Below the pieces are notes generated by a model. That model made no database searches and was not told the DNA's origin. It worked only from the letters and a program-made list of their open reading frames with translations. Made by a program: the position numbers and the translations under genes. From Spirochaetia bacterium (GTDB taxonomy: Bacteria; Spirochaetota; Spirochaetia; CADAEX01), in assembly GCA_963662795.1 (NCBI GenBank), contig OY759746.1:2944001-3008000 (forward strand): DNA of 64,000 nt, written 5' to 3'. Positions within the stretch are counted from its first letter, which is position 1, and each line of letters starts with the position of its first letter. Positions 29,701 to 40,194 of this stretch are shown piece by piece.

Positions 29701-30321
29701 TCAGCCGTGTCCGTGTCCTCCGCAGCAGCTGCCCTCTCCGTGTCCGCCGCACCCGCTGTCGTGTTTATGAGAACCGCCTCTTTCTTCTCCGCAGCAGCCG
29801 CCGCCATGAGAATTGCCTCCGTCCCCGCACCCGCATCCGCCATGGCTGTGGTCGCCGGCGTGGACATGTCCGTGGTCAAGCTCTTCAGGTGAGGGTTCCC
29901 GGATGCCGAGAATCTCGGCTTCAAATCGGATGTCCATTCCGGCATAGGGATGGTTCGCGTTGATTATTACTTTATCGCCTTCAATTTTATCAACACGGCA
30001 GAAGCGCACATCGCCTTTGATCTCTGCCTGAAATTCCAGCCCGACTTTAAGCTCTTCATCGCTTACAGCGAAATCTGTCCTGTTTATTCCGAATATCATG
30101 GCATCTTCATAAACACCGAATGCATCAGCAGCTTTCAGCATCTCATCAATTTTATCTCCGGTTTTTTTTCCTGCAAGAGCATTTTCCATTCCCGGGACAA
30201 GAAACCCCTGTCCATGTATATAGTCAAGATTGCCGCTGTAATCTGAGCTTTCGAGAACTTTCCCTTCCTGGCTGCTTGCTTTATAGGTAATTGTCACTAC
30301 CTTGTTGTTTTCAACTATCAT
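29701..30321 (-). CDS. slyD: FKBP-type peptidyl-prolyl isomerase SlyD
   Basis: YIHGQGFLVPGMENAL, NANHPYAG, EELDHGHVH and a His/Cys/Gly-rich tail. Confidence 0.92.
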   Translation of the reverse strand: MIVENNKVVTITYKASSQEGKVLESSDYSGNLDYIHGQGFLVPGMENALAGKKTGDKIDEMLKAADAFGVYEDAMIFGINRTDFAVSDEELKVGLEFQAEIKGDVRFCRVDKIEGDKVIINANHPYAGMDIRFEAEILGIREPSPEELDHGHVHAGDHSHGGCGCGDGGNSHGGGCCGEERGGSHKHDSGCGGHGEGSCCGGHGHG

Positions 30322-30476
30322 TTAAAATATCCGCCTCTTTAAAATTATATGCAGTTTTTAAAATACTGGTAAAAAACTGAGTTCAAAGATTAGTCCGGCC
30401 TTCAGATGGTGTCAAGTATAAAACTCCCGGGAGCCGCATCAGGTATATATTCTTTTGAATTATTGATCCTTTAAAA

Positions 30477-32299
30477 TCATCGTAAAGATTTTATAAGCGC
30501 CTTTACTATCCTGTTATCTGATTCAATGACAAAAACATTAAGATGGTCCATTGCCCTGGTAAGGGCTACATATATCAGGTTTACAGCCAGTGATTCCTCA
30601 GTTTCAGGCGAAAATCTGTTGTAGCGGACTATCTCGGGCAGGTATAACAGTATTACGGGGAAATCCAGCTCCTTTGATGAGTGCATGGTAGATATATTTA
30701 CAGATTCTCCCGATGTTCTTAAAAAATAAAAGCCTTCATAAGTGATTCTGGAAAGCGGTATTTCCTAAAACGTGACAGTTTATAGATTTTTTCAATGTAG
30801 CTGTTGCGGGGTACAAGTATGCATAATTGGAAGGGCCTGAAAGGAGTTTCTGAAAAGCCCGGCAGTACCGATTATATTTTTTGTATTCCTGAAATTTGTT
30901 TTAATTTTTTTACCGAACCCCTTATATCAATTCCGGCCCTGGAAAAAGGCTGCTGCGGCATGTAAAGGGTCTGGGAATAGTCGCCTGCCATAAATAAATG
31001 CCCCGATGAAAGTTTTTTAAGCGCAAGAAGGACAGAAGGGTTAATATCCTGGACCTCATTGATAAAAATATGTCTTATCTTTCCGGCAATGGTGCTTTCG
31101 GTGTTTTCCGAGAGAAAATTGTGAAGCTTTAATCTCACGTAATTGATGCTGTAGAGTTTTTCCTCTCCATATATAGGAGATATAACGCTCTCTTGCCTCC
31201 CAGCCTGTTTTTCTCCTTTCTTCCGTAAGGTGCCCCGCCAGGCCCTCTCTTTTTGCCTCGCCGCTTATCTAATTCTTCCGGTTTACCGCAAACCCGATCA
31301 GAAAATCATCGATTTCCGACTGCAGGTGAGATTCATCAAGGACATCCGGAAGCGCCTCTTCTGAGGCGAATGCCATGAAAATATTAAAGTCATACGCTAT
31401 TGTACTGTCAATCTCAAGGATCATCTCGTTTATCAGGTTGTCTGCAGTGCTGAATACCGAAACAGGCACATTCATTTTCATTAGTTTCGCTATATAGCGG
31501 GAATACCTGACAAGCGTTCTTGTGAAAGTAATCAGTACTGTTTTTTTATCCTCGAAAAAATCAAGCTGTCTCTGCTCAAGAAATCTTCTCATCGCTTCTA
31601 TCAGTACAATTGATTTGCCTGTTTCGCCTATAAAATCCTTTTCGTAGCTGAATGTGAAAACGGCTTCCTTCTGTTCGGGGAAAAGTTCGGAAATTGATCT
31701 TTCATAATCCATTCTTGATCGTGTATAAACTGTAAGCCTTCCAAGGTTTTTAAGCGAGATAAAGATTTCAAGCTCGTGAATTTTTTCTTTTAATTCCCTG
31801 TAGCTCTCAAGCTTCCCTGAAAGTTCGGTGTTTTTTTCTGAAGTTTGATAAGTTGTTCATTCAGCCCTTTTATGATGCCGGCCTGCTCGATAAATGTAGT
31901 CCTGTCATTTCCGGCTTCAAGATCGCGGATGAACCTGCTGAGACAGCTCTCCTCAATTCCGGCAAGAGAGAAGAAACGGATAAGAAGGTGAGTCGCTGAG
32001 CGGGCTTCCTCTTTACCCATCGCCTGGAAAAGGTGCCTGACTTTATTTGTGAGTATATGCTGATGTCCTATCTTGGGAATGCAGGAAAGTCCTTCAATAA
32101 ATTCATCACATCTTTCCTCAGGCAGTGTGTCCCTGAACTTCCGGATCAGTTCAGAAAAAGAGAGTTCATCGCCGTAATTTTTTTTCAGCCCTGAGGAAAT
32201 ATTCAATAAAAGAATGTATCGCAAGAATATAAAACCCTTCATCAGAGCCCGCCATCCTGGAAAGTCTTTCAATTTTTTTATCAGTTTCTTTCCCGCCAT
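30477..32299 (-). pseudogene. Fragmented UvrD-like superfamily-1 helicase
   Basis: Four fragments carry PEQKEAV, eroded Walker A GETGKS, LITFTRTL, IFINEVQD, AGDYSQ, TMHSSKELDF and IYVALTRA. Confidence 0.82.
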
Positions 32300-32393
32300 T
32301 TTTCATTACCAGTTATACTTCCTGTTAATGATAATATTATATCAGGAAGAAAAGCCAAATAAAAATAACTTTATGGGTGGATGACGTAAATGC

Positions 32394-32936
32394 CTATTTT
32401 GTGTTCTTTTTTATGTAATCCTGATGATATTCTTCGGCCTTCCAGAAATCGGAGGCTTTTTTAATCTCTGTGTATACCTTAATACCTTTATTCTCAAATT
32501 CATCAACTATTTTGAGAGCTGTTTTTTTCTCATCCTCCGTGCTGTAATAAATTCCTGATCTGTACTGTGAAATAAATCCCGGATCATTTCTTCCCTTATA
32601 GGAAAAATCATGGGTTGTGAAAAAAAACCTCACAAGCTTTTCATAGCTGATAACTTCCGGATCATATAGCACTTCTACTGCTTCTGCGTGACCTGTTGTC
32701 CCTGAACAGACATCCTTATATGTCGGATTGATTTTATCTTCTCCGGTATACCCTGATACAGCGCTTATAACACCATCCAGTTTTTCAAACCTGTCCTCTA
32801 TGCTCCAGAAACATCCTGCCGCGAAATAAGCACTTCCGGGCGTTTTCGGTTCCTGTTCGCTGTTTCCATTTGAATATGACGATACTGCCGCCAGCAGATT
32901 GAGTATAATAAACAGTTTAAGAATTATCTTTTTCAC
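32394..32936 (-). CDS. msrA: Peptide-methionine (S)-S-oxide reductase with signal peptide
   Basis: AAGCFW, SGYTG, GHAEAV, QYRSGIY and AEEYHQDY. GTG start. Confidence 0.93.
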   Translation of the reverse strand: MKKIILKLFIILNLLAAVSSYSNGNSEQEPKTPGSAYFAAGCFWSIEDRFEKLDGVISAVSGYTGEDKINPTYKDVCSGTTGHAEAVEVLYDPEVISYEKLVRFFFTTHDFSYKGRNDPGFISQYRSGIYYSTEDEKKTALKIVDEFENKGIKVYTEIKKASDFWKAEEYHQDYIKKNTK

Positions 32937-33970
32937 TTTATTCCCTTTATTGCCAGTGGAACCTTATTTTTCATTTTAATCAGATTGTCTTTCCATTGAG
33001 AAGGGAAAATACTTTCTCCCCCGGCAAGTCCCAGCAGCGCTCCAATAACAGCTCCCCTGTGACAATTATCCCCTCCCGCCATAGTATTCTGTATCAGCGC
33101 TTCTTCCGGCAATGACGAATATTTTAGTGCAAGGTAAAAAGATGCAGGAAGTGAATCGTCAAGATAGCAGGCTATGCTGAAAACCTTTCCCAATACCTCA
33201 AGATCAGGTTTTGATGTCAAAGAAGCGATTTTACCTGTAAGATATTCAAGGTCCTGCTTTTCAAGATGGCTTTTCAGGGCATCTTCAAGAGTTTTGCCGC
33301 CGATTATTTCCTCAGCGAGATAAATCAGCGTATTTACCCCTTTCCTGATTTTTTCACCTTTGTGTGTTACAGAAACATGCTCCTGCACAGTTTCGCCTGC
33401 CGCTTTAGGGTCATATCCCATGGAACGCAGCTTTGAGTAAAGCGGTATGACATGGACCATCCCGCCTATATGTTTTTCCTCAACCGCGCATTTATCCGGA
33501 TTTAGTCCTTTTTTAAGATTAATGAAAAATCCCCTGTGGCATTCCTCGATATATGTGTCCCTGTGCTCATCAGGGTGCAGCATGAATTTCATATACCTTT
33601 TTATGTAAGTGTCCCTGTCATAGCTGCCGAGCTCAGAAACCATGCCGAGGGCAAGGCTAAGCAGCTTGAGGTTTAGTGTGTTTTCTCCCGCTTCAAGGAA
33701 CTGGTGGTAATGAATGTTTTTGACCCCCCAGTATTTCCTCTGTCTGCCCAGTATGTCAAACTCAATTTCTTCCGGCTCATAGGAACTTCTCCATAGAAAA
33801 CTGCCTGCATGTATTTCCGGCGGGTCCTTGAAGTCCCTGATAACCCCGAATACTTTCTGCAATTCCTCCTGGTTATAATACCAGTGTGCCGGCATGGCAA
33901 GAGCATCGCCTATATAAGCTCCTGTCTCCGCCCCTTTAAATCTGTCATATATTTCAGGATTGTTAATCAT
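32933..33970 (-). CDS. ADP-ribosylglycohydrolase family (crystallin J1-like)
   Basis: GAYIGDALAMPAHWYY, VTH and AGGDNCHRGAVIGALLG. Confidence 0.82.
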   Translation of the reverse strand: MINNPEIYDRFKGAETGAYIGDALAMPAHWYYNQEELQKVFGVIRDFKDPPEIHAGSFLWRSSYEPEEIEFDILGRQRKYWGVKNIHYHQFLEAGENTLNLKLLSLALGMVSELGSYDRDTYIKRYMKFMLHPDEHRDTYIEECHRGFFINLKKGLNPDKCAVEEKHIGGMVHVIPLYSKLRSMGYDPKAAGETVQEHVSVTHKGEKIRKGVNTLIYLAEEIIGGKTLEDALKSHLEKQDLEYLTGKIASLTSKPDLEVLGKVFSIACYLDDSLPASFYLALKYSSLPEEALIQNTMAGGDNCHRGAVIGALLGLAGGESIFPSQWKDNLIKMKNKVPLAIKGIK

Positions 33971-34149
33971 CGTTAAACTCCTATATATAAATATAACAAT
34001 AGAATTAAATACAGGGAAAATTTAAAAGTAAATATGAGAAATACTAACGGGAATCAGGTCCCTGCAGAGAGTTGACAGATTATATATACCATATTAATAT
34101 AAGACATATAACAATAGTAGTTGTTGTATCCTCAAGGAGAGTTGAAAAT

Positions 34150-35109
34150 ATGGAAAAAGATAAAAAAAAACCGGCTGATTCATCATCAATACCCAGATTT
34201 GCAGGAATAAAGACATTTATGAGGCTGCCGTATGAAAGGGATGTAAAAGGGCTTGATTTTGCCGTAATGGGTCTTCCGTTTGATACTGGCGCGACATACA
34301 GGGTAGGGGCCCGCTTTGCGCCGGAAGCTGTAAGAAGTATTTCCGCTTTGATTAAACCATATAATGCTTTTCATAAAGTAAATATATTCGATTATATTTC
34401 GGGAGTTGATTACGGGGACCTCAATGTAATTCCTGGCTACATAATGGATACCTATGATGCGGTAACTGAAGAAATGAAGCTGTTCACTGACAACAATGTC
34501 ATTCCTGTTGTGATAGGAGGGGACCATTCCGTAACAGTGCCTCAGCTGAGAGCGCTGGCTAAAAAACACGGGCCGATGGCTCTTGTCCATTTTGATGCAC
34601 ACCTTGATACAGCTGATTCCTATTTCGGGAAAAAATATACACATGGAACTCCTTTTAGCAGAGCTAATGATGAAGGACTTTTAATCCCTGAAAAAACGAT
34701 TCAGATTGGTATGCGGGGTACTTATTATGGTGAGCATTCACTTAAAGAGTCGACAGGCAGGGGTTTTACTGTTATTTCAATTGATGAAGTGTTTAATATG
34801 GGCCTTGACAGTGTTATAAAACTCATACATGAAAAAGTAGGGGACAGCAAGGTATTTGTTACATTTGATATTGATGCACTGGATCCTGCCTACGCTCCCG
34901 GCACAGGCACCCTTATTCCGGGCGGCTTTACTTCCAGAGAGGCATTTAAACTTATCCGCGGTCTGGGCGGCCTTGATTTCACAGGCTTTGATGTAGTTGA
35001 GGTGCTGCCTGATCTTGACCCCTCCGGAATCACATCCTGTCTTGCCTCCAATATTGTATTTGAATTCCTAAGCCTTATAGCGCTCAGGAAAAAAATGAGA
35101 AAGATGTGA
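34150..35109 (+). CDS. speB: Agmatinase / ureohydrolase
   Basis: GARFAP, GGDHS, DAHLD, HGT and TFDIDALDPAYAPGTG. ATG at 34150 after AGGAG. The exact substrate is uncertain. Confidence 0.8.
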   Translation: MEKDKKKPADSSSIPRFAGIKTFMRLPYERDVKGLDFAVMGLPFDTGATYRVGARFAPEAVRSISALIKPYNAFHKVNIFDYISGVDYGDLNVIPGYIMDTYDAVTEEMKLFTDNNVIPVVIGGDHSVTVPQLRALAKKHGPMALVHFDAHLDTADSYFGKKYTHGTPFSRANDEGLLIPEKTIQIGMRGTYYGEHSLKESTGRGFTVISIDEVFNMGLDSVIKLIHEKVGDSKVFVTFDIDALDPAYAPGTGTLIPGGFTSREAFKLIRGLGGLDFTGFDVVEVLPDLDPSGITSCLASNIVFEFLSLIALRKKMRKM

Positions 35110-36008
35110 ATCTTCATCACCTTAAAACATTTTACCTGGCGGCAAAGTATCTAAGCGTATCACAGGCTGCCAGAGAATTGAACATAGCACAGCCTGCCGC
35201 CACAAGGCACCTTAAAGATCTGCAGAGAGAAACAGGAATAATACTATTCAGCAGTCAGGGAAGGAAAATTTCCCTGACAGGCGAAGGGAGAATCTTCTTT
35301 GAGAGGGCAAAAAAGATATTTGATGAAGAATCCCTTCTTGAAAACACAATAGAGGAGATAAAAAGACTGGGCAAAGGTATTATCTCAATTTCTGCCCAGG
35401 CAACATTCGGTGATTATTTTCTTCCCGGTGTAATTGAGGAATTGTACAGAAATTATCCGGGGATATCATTATCAGTTTCTACATTTAAGGAAAACGGGGA
35501 AATATTTTCATTGATTAAAAAAATGGAATATGATCTGGGTATTTCATCTGCGGAACCTGAATCGCATATTTTAAAATCGCGCAGGCTTTGCCGCCTGCAC
35601 CAGTCTCTTATAGTTCCTCCGGGACACAGGCTTTCAGGTGAAAAAATGATAACCCCTGACATGCTCAATGGAGAATCCTTCATTCTGCCTGAGAAATCAA
35701 CTGCCAGCAGAAAACTGATTGATAACTATTTCAACGCATATTCGGTAAAAGGAAATGCCCTTTATGAACTCGGCCATGCCGGGCCGATTATTGATGTTGT
35801 TAAAAAAAGAATCGGAATCTCAATTGCATATAATAAAATTTGCGGGGAAGAAGAAAAAAACGGAAATATCATATCAATACCGCTTGAAGATCCCGATGAT
35901 CTCCTTTCAAGAGATTTCTTCCTTATATATAATAAAGAGAAACAGATAACACAGTTAATGGGAAAATTTATTGATATAATTGAAAGAACAGTGCTTAATC
36001 TGGCCTGA
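35106..36008 (+). CDS. LysR-family transcriptional regulator
   Basis: HTH SVSQAARELNIAQPAAT and LTGEG. The GTG start overlaps the upstream stop. Confidence 0.9.
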   Translation: MNLHHLKTFYLAAKYLSVSQAARELNIAQPAATRHLKDLQRETGIILFSSQGRKISLTGEGRIFFERAKKIFDEESLLENTIEEIKRLGKGIISISAQATFGDYFLPGVIEELYRNYPGISLSVSTFKENGEIFSLIKKMEYDLGISSAEPESHILKSRRLCRLHQSLIVPPGHRLSGEKMITPDMLNGESFILPEKSTASRKLIDNYFNAYSVKGNALYELGHAGPIIDVVKKRIGISIAYNKICGEEEKNGNIISIPLEDPDDLLSRDFFLIYNKEKQITQLMGKFIDIIERTVLNLA

Positions 36009-36051
36009 TCTGTTCCGGCAATTAACTGAAAGATATCAAGGAGATAATTTT

Positions 36052-37155
36052 ATGGATAAAACAGTCTGGTGGGATTTCGACAGTGTGGAAAAGTTCATGA
36101 AAGACGCTTTTACGGCAACAGGTGTACCTGAAAAAGAAGCGGCCGTTTGCGCTGATGTGCTGATTACTGCCGACAAGCGGGGCATTGACTCCCACGGTGC
36201 CGGAAGGTTTAAGCCCATATACCTGGACAGGATCTGGGCAGGGACACAGTCTCCGGTTACAAAACTTGAAATAGTCAGCGAAAGCGATACAACTGCGGTT
36301 ATAGACGGACATAACGGAATGGGGCACTTTATTGCATACAGCGCAAATAAACTTGCGATAGAGAAGGCAAAAAAAACAGGTGCCGGAATTGTTGCAGTCA
36401 GGAACTCAACCCATTACGGGGCAGCCTGCTATTACCCGCTGAAAGCGATAGACCAGGGATGTTTCGGTATAACCTGCACTAACGCGCGCCCTTCAATAGC
36501 CCCGACATGGGGGATCGAAAACATGCTCGGGACAAATCCTTTAGTATTCGGATTTCCCACTGATGAAGAGTTTCCTTTTGTTCTTGACTGCGCGACATCT
36601 GTTACACAGAGGGGAAAAATAGAGCTTTACGAGAGGCTCGGGAAAGAACTGCCTGACGGCTGGGTTATCGGGGAGGACGGAAAGTACAGGCATGATACAA
36701 AGCAGGTTCTTGTCGACCTTAACAGGGGGAAAGCAGCGCTCACTCCGCTCGGCGGGCTAGGGGAGCTTACGGCAGGGTACAAGGGTTTCGGATATTCAAT
36801 GGTAGTTGAAATATTGTCTTCCGCATTATCCGATGCGGATTTTCTTAAAAATCTTTCGGGTAAAGACAGAGACGGGAATAATGTTCCGATCCTTCTCGGC
36901 CATTTCTTCATGGCTATAGATATCAGCCGTTTTATACCGCTTGAAAGATTTAAAAAGATATCCGGCACAATATGCAGGGATATAAGAAGCTCCAAAAAGG
37001 CCGAAGGGCAGGACAGGATATGGACTCCGGGGGAAAAGGAGCACGATGCCTGGCTTGAGAGAAAGGACAAAGGTGTGCCGTTTAACGAATCGCTTAAAAA
37101 ATCATTCAGGGAAGTAAAGGAAAGGCTTTCCCTTTCACATAGCCTTCCTTTCTAG
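36052..37155 (+). CDS. Ldh_2-family (malate/L-lactate/ureidoglycolate-type) dehydrogenase
   Basis: RGIDSHG, NSTHYG, GTNP, DCATS, YKG and GHFFMAID. Confidence 0.9.
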   Translation: MDKTVWWDFDSVEKFMKDAFTATGVPEKEAAVCADVLITADKRGIDSHGAGRFKPIYLDRIWAGTQSPVTKLEIVSESDTTAVIDGHNGMGHFIAYSANKLAIEKAKKTGAGIVAVRNSTHYGAACYYPLKAIDQGCFGITCTNARPSIAPTWGIENMLGTNPLVFGFPTDEEFPFVLDCATSVTQRGKIELYERLGKELPDGWVIGEDGKYRHDTKQVLVDLNRGKAALTPLGGLGELTAGYKGFGYSMVVEILSSALSDADFLKNLSGKDRDGNNVPILLGHFFMAIDISRFIPLERFKKISGTICRDIRSSKKAEGQDRIWTPGEKEHDAWLERKDKGVPFNESLKKSFREVKERLSLSHSLPF

Positions 37156-37222
37156 ACTTCAGCGTCTGCCAGGAAAATGCAGTTAAAAAAGCAGGCTTTG
37201 CCGTCAATTATGGATAAAAAAA

Positions 37223-37263
37223 AGGAGCGGTGTCCCGGCCGCTTAGGCCTTAACAGCGCTCCT
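37223..37263. terminator. Probable bidirectional terminator between convergent genes
   Basis: AGGAGCG...CGCTCCT stem. The upstream A-run gives a U-tract on the minus strand. Confidence 0.55.
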
Positions 37264-37287
37264 ATAAAAAACCTGTAAGCTTTATTA

Positions 37288-38403
37288 TTATTTGCCCAGA
37301 CAGGATTTCAGCGCTTTCAGGATTTTATCAACATTTTCAGGACTTGAAGTATATCCCATAAGTCCTATTCTCCAGATTTTTCCCGCAAGGTCGCCGAGTC
37401 CTGCTCCTATTTCTATTTTAAATTCCTTGAGGAGCCTTGCCCTGACTGCAGCTTCATCAACTCCTTCCGGGACTATGACAGAGTTGAGTTCAGGAAGCCT
37501 GTATGCCTCTTCAACCAGCATTTTAAGCCCCAGTTCATCAAGTCCCTTAACCAGAAGTTTGTGATTTTTCATGTGGCGCGCATATACATTCTCTAGCCCT
37601 TCCTCAAGGACGACCTCAAGCGCCTGATACATGGCGTAAAGCATATTGATTGGCGCTGTGTGATGGTATACCCTTTTTGCCCCTTCCCAGTAATTAATAA
37701 TCATGGATAGATCAAGATACCAGTTGGGTACTTTCGTTTTTCTGGAAAGAAGTTTCTTTACTGCCCTATCAGAGAATGATACCGGTGATATACCGGGAGG
37801 GCAGGAGAGGCACTTCTGTGATCCGCTGTAAAGTGCGTCAATTCCCCAGTCGTCCATTCTGATCTCTATACCGCCCATGCTGGTTACTGTATCAACAAGG
37901 TATAGCGTCTCTTTTCCCTTAAGCAGGCTGCCGATTTCCGCCACAGGGTTTCTGACTCCTGTTGAGGTTTCAGCATGAACCACTGCAACAATTGAATAAT
38001 CATTTGCGGCAAGTTTTGACTTTACATCTTCTACAATAACCGGTGTTCCCCATTTGAAGGAAAGTGAATCCACATCAGCCCCGAGGCGGGTAGCGACATC
38101 GATCATTCTTTTTCCGAAAACCCCGTTTTCAAGTATCAGAACGCGGTCTCCCTTTTCAATAAGGTTTACAAAACAGGTTTCCATGCCTGCTGAACCGGTT
38201 CCTGACATCGGCACGGTGCATTTGTTTTTCGTGTTAAGAATAATCTGCATGTCTTTCTTCATGGCATCCATTATATCCATAAAGACTGGATCCATATGCC
38301 CAAGCGTGCTTACCGCAAGGGCTTTGTAAACCTCAGGGTGAACACAGGACGGGCCGGGTCCCATAAGCAGAATCTCCGGTACATTTTCAAGTTTATTAAC
38401 CAT
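37288..38403 (-). CDS. Alanine/serine--glyoxylate aminotransferase (class V)
   Basis: LMGPGPS, GTGSAGME, HAETSTG, SGSQKCL, YHHTAP and WRIGLMG. Confidence 0.92.
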   Translation of the reverse strand: MVNKLENVPEILLMGPGPSCVHPEVYKALAVSTLGHMDPVFMDIMDAMKKDMQIILNTKNKCTVPMSGTGSAGMETCFVNLIEKGDRVLILENGVFGKRMIDVATRLGADVDSLSFKWGTPVIVEDVKSKLAANDYSIVAVVHAETSTGVRNPVAEIGSLLKGKETLYLVDTVTSMGGIEIRMDDWGIDALYSGSQKCLSCPPGISPVSFSDRAVKKLLSRKTKVPNWYLDLSMIINYWEGAKRVYHHTAPINMLYAMYQALEVVLEEGLENVYARHMKNHKLLVKGLDELGLKMLVEEAYRLPELNSVIVPEGVDEAAVRARLLKEFKIEIGAGLGDLAGKIWRIGLMGYTSSPENVDKILKALKSCLGK

Positions 38404-38445
38404 TTTCCATCTCCTGTAAATAAATATTTCCTAAAATTAAAATTA

Positions 38446-39723
38446 TTAACTATAAAGTAAAAGATTCGGCAGGAACGTTGAAAGCTGCGGTAAAAATGTC
38501 AGCAGAAAAAGCACTAAAACCAGGATCACGATAAACGGTACAAGCGCCTTTGTAACTTCTTCAAAGGTTATCCCCGCAATATCAGCCACAAGATATATAA
38601 ATACTCCTACTGGTGGTGTAATCAGGCCGATGTTCAGGTTCAGCTCCATCAGTACTCCGAAATGTGTCAGGTCAATATTAACGCTCTGCAGAAGCGGGAG
38701 AATAATCGGCAGTATAATAAGTTTTATACTTATTCCTTCCATAAAGCATCCCATTGCAAGAATCATTAAATTAAGAACAACAAGGAGAACATATTTATTT
38801 TCACTGAAATTAAGCAGCATTGCCGCTACCTTGCTTGGAATTCTTTCATAGGTGAGTATCCATCCAAAAACCAGCGCAAAAGAAACGATCAGCATTACCT
38901 TGCTGCCCATTTTACCTACATTTATAAAATCCCTGATCAGTTTTTTCAGTGTCAGTTCCCTGTAAATCAAACCAAGAATAATAGCGTAAACAAGGGCAAT
39001 AACCGCTGCTTCAGTCGGTGTTACTATTCCTGTTGTAATTCCTCCGAGTATTATTACCGGTGAAAGCAAAGGGAAAAATGCTTCTTTGAAAGACACCAGC
39101 AGTTCTTTAAATGTCGCTCTTTTTTCTACGGGAAAGTTGTTTTTTTTCGCAATGAAAAAGACAACCAGCATCATTGCTGCAGTCATTACAATGGCAGGTA
39201 TGAAACCGGCTAGAAAAAGAGCTCCTACTGATGTTCCTGTCATTGCTCCGTAAACTACAAAACCGAGACTGGGAGGCATTATGGTTCCGACAGTAGAGGA
39301 TGCGGCTGTAACTGCAGCTGAAAAAGCCGGGGGATAGTTTTCCTTTTTCATAGCCTCGATTTCAATTGTTCCCAGTCCTGCCGCGTCTGCTGTGGCTGAT
39401 CCTGACATCCCGGCAAAAATCAAGCTGGCGACCACATTAACCTGGCCAAGACTTCCGGGAATATGTCCTACAAGTTTTTTCGCGAATCCGAACAGGCGGT
39501 TTGTTACACCTCCTGAGTTCATTAAATGGCCCGCAAGCATAAACAGCGGTATTGCCAGCAGTGTAAAAGAATCAAATGTACTCAGCATCATCTGGGGAAG
39601 AGTTATAAGCGGGTTTCCGGTTGTGATAAAATAAAATGCGCATGATATTCCAAGGCAGAATGCGATCGGAATTCTTATTACCATCAGTACCGCGAAAACT
39701 ATTAAAAAACCGTAGTCAAGCAT
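38446..39723 (-). CDS. dctM: TRAP transporter large permease
   Basis: LLAIPLFMLAG, SGSATADAAG, TPTEAA and GLITPPVG. Confidence 0.93.
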   Translation of the reverse strand: MLDYGFLIVFAVLMVIRIPIAFCLGISCAFYFITTGNPLITLPQMMLSTFDSFTLLAIPLFMLAGHLMNSGGVTNRLFGFAKKLVGHIPGSLGQVNVVASLIFAGMSGSATADAAGLGTIEIEAMKKENYPPAFSAAVTAASSTVGTIMPPSLGFVVYGAMTGTSVGALFLAGFIPAIVMTAAMMLVVFFIAKKNNFPVEKRATFKELLVSFKEAFFPLLSPVIILGGITTGIVTPTEAAVIALVYAIILGLIYRELTLKKLIRDFINVGKMGSKVMLIVSFALVFGWILTYERIPSKVAAMLLNFSENKYVLLVVLNLMILAMGCFMEGISIKLIILPIILPLLQSVNIDLTHFGVLMELNLNIGLITPPVGVFIYLVADIAGITFEEVTKALVPFIVILVLVLFLLTFLPQLSTFLPNLLLYS

Positions 39724-40186
39724 TTTTGGCATCCTTCTTAATGAATTTCATTGCTGACAGCAGACTGTAAAACGCAATACCAATAAATCCAATAAAAATG
39801 GGTATTGTAAAAAAAACCATCGGCATTCTTGTTGAAGCACTGCGTATATTCTTTTCAATAATTATCTGAATAAAAGTTGCATACAGCAGCAGACAGGAAA
39901 AAATAAAAATAAGCAGGTGATTAAATATATTGACAGTTCTTTTCACCGGGTCTGAAAACTTGTTGTAAAAAAAATTGACTTCAAGATGCTTGTCGTCATG
40001 TGAAGCAAGCGCGCTTCCCATGAACGTAAACCAACAAAAAGAAAGTCTTGAAAATTCATCTGTCCATATAAGCGGATTGTTAAGTAAATAACGGAAAAAA
40101 ACCTGAAGTAGAACACTTATTACTATTCCGAACAGAGATAGAGCCAATATAATAGTGTAGAATTTTTCCGTAAACAGCTTTGTCAT
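39716..40186 (-). CDS. dctQ: TRAP transporter small permease
   Basis: QVFFRY...WTDEFSR and four TM segments. Confidence 0.88.
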   Translation of the reverse strand: MTKLFTEKFYTIILALSLFGIVISVLLQVFFRYLLNNPLIWTDEFSRLSFCWFTFMGSALASHDDKHLEVNFFYNKFSDPVKRTVNIFNHLLIFIFSCLLLYATFIQIIIEKNIRSASTRMPMVFFTIPIFIGFIGIAFYSLLSAMKFIKKDAKNA

Positions 40187-40194
40187 AATAACTC

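Noticed and set aside
29667-29945. Ala-rich 92-aa ORF and GC-rich low-complexity repeat
   Set aside because: It is an alternate frame of the SlyD Gly/His/Cys tail.
33971-34149. Guanidine riboswitch upstream of the ureohydrolase
   Set aside because: The leader is AT-rich, with no paired ACGR hairpins or ykkC-type core.
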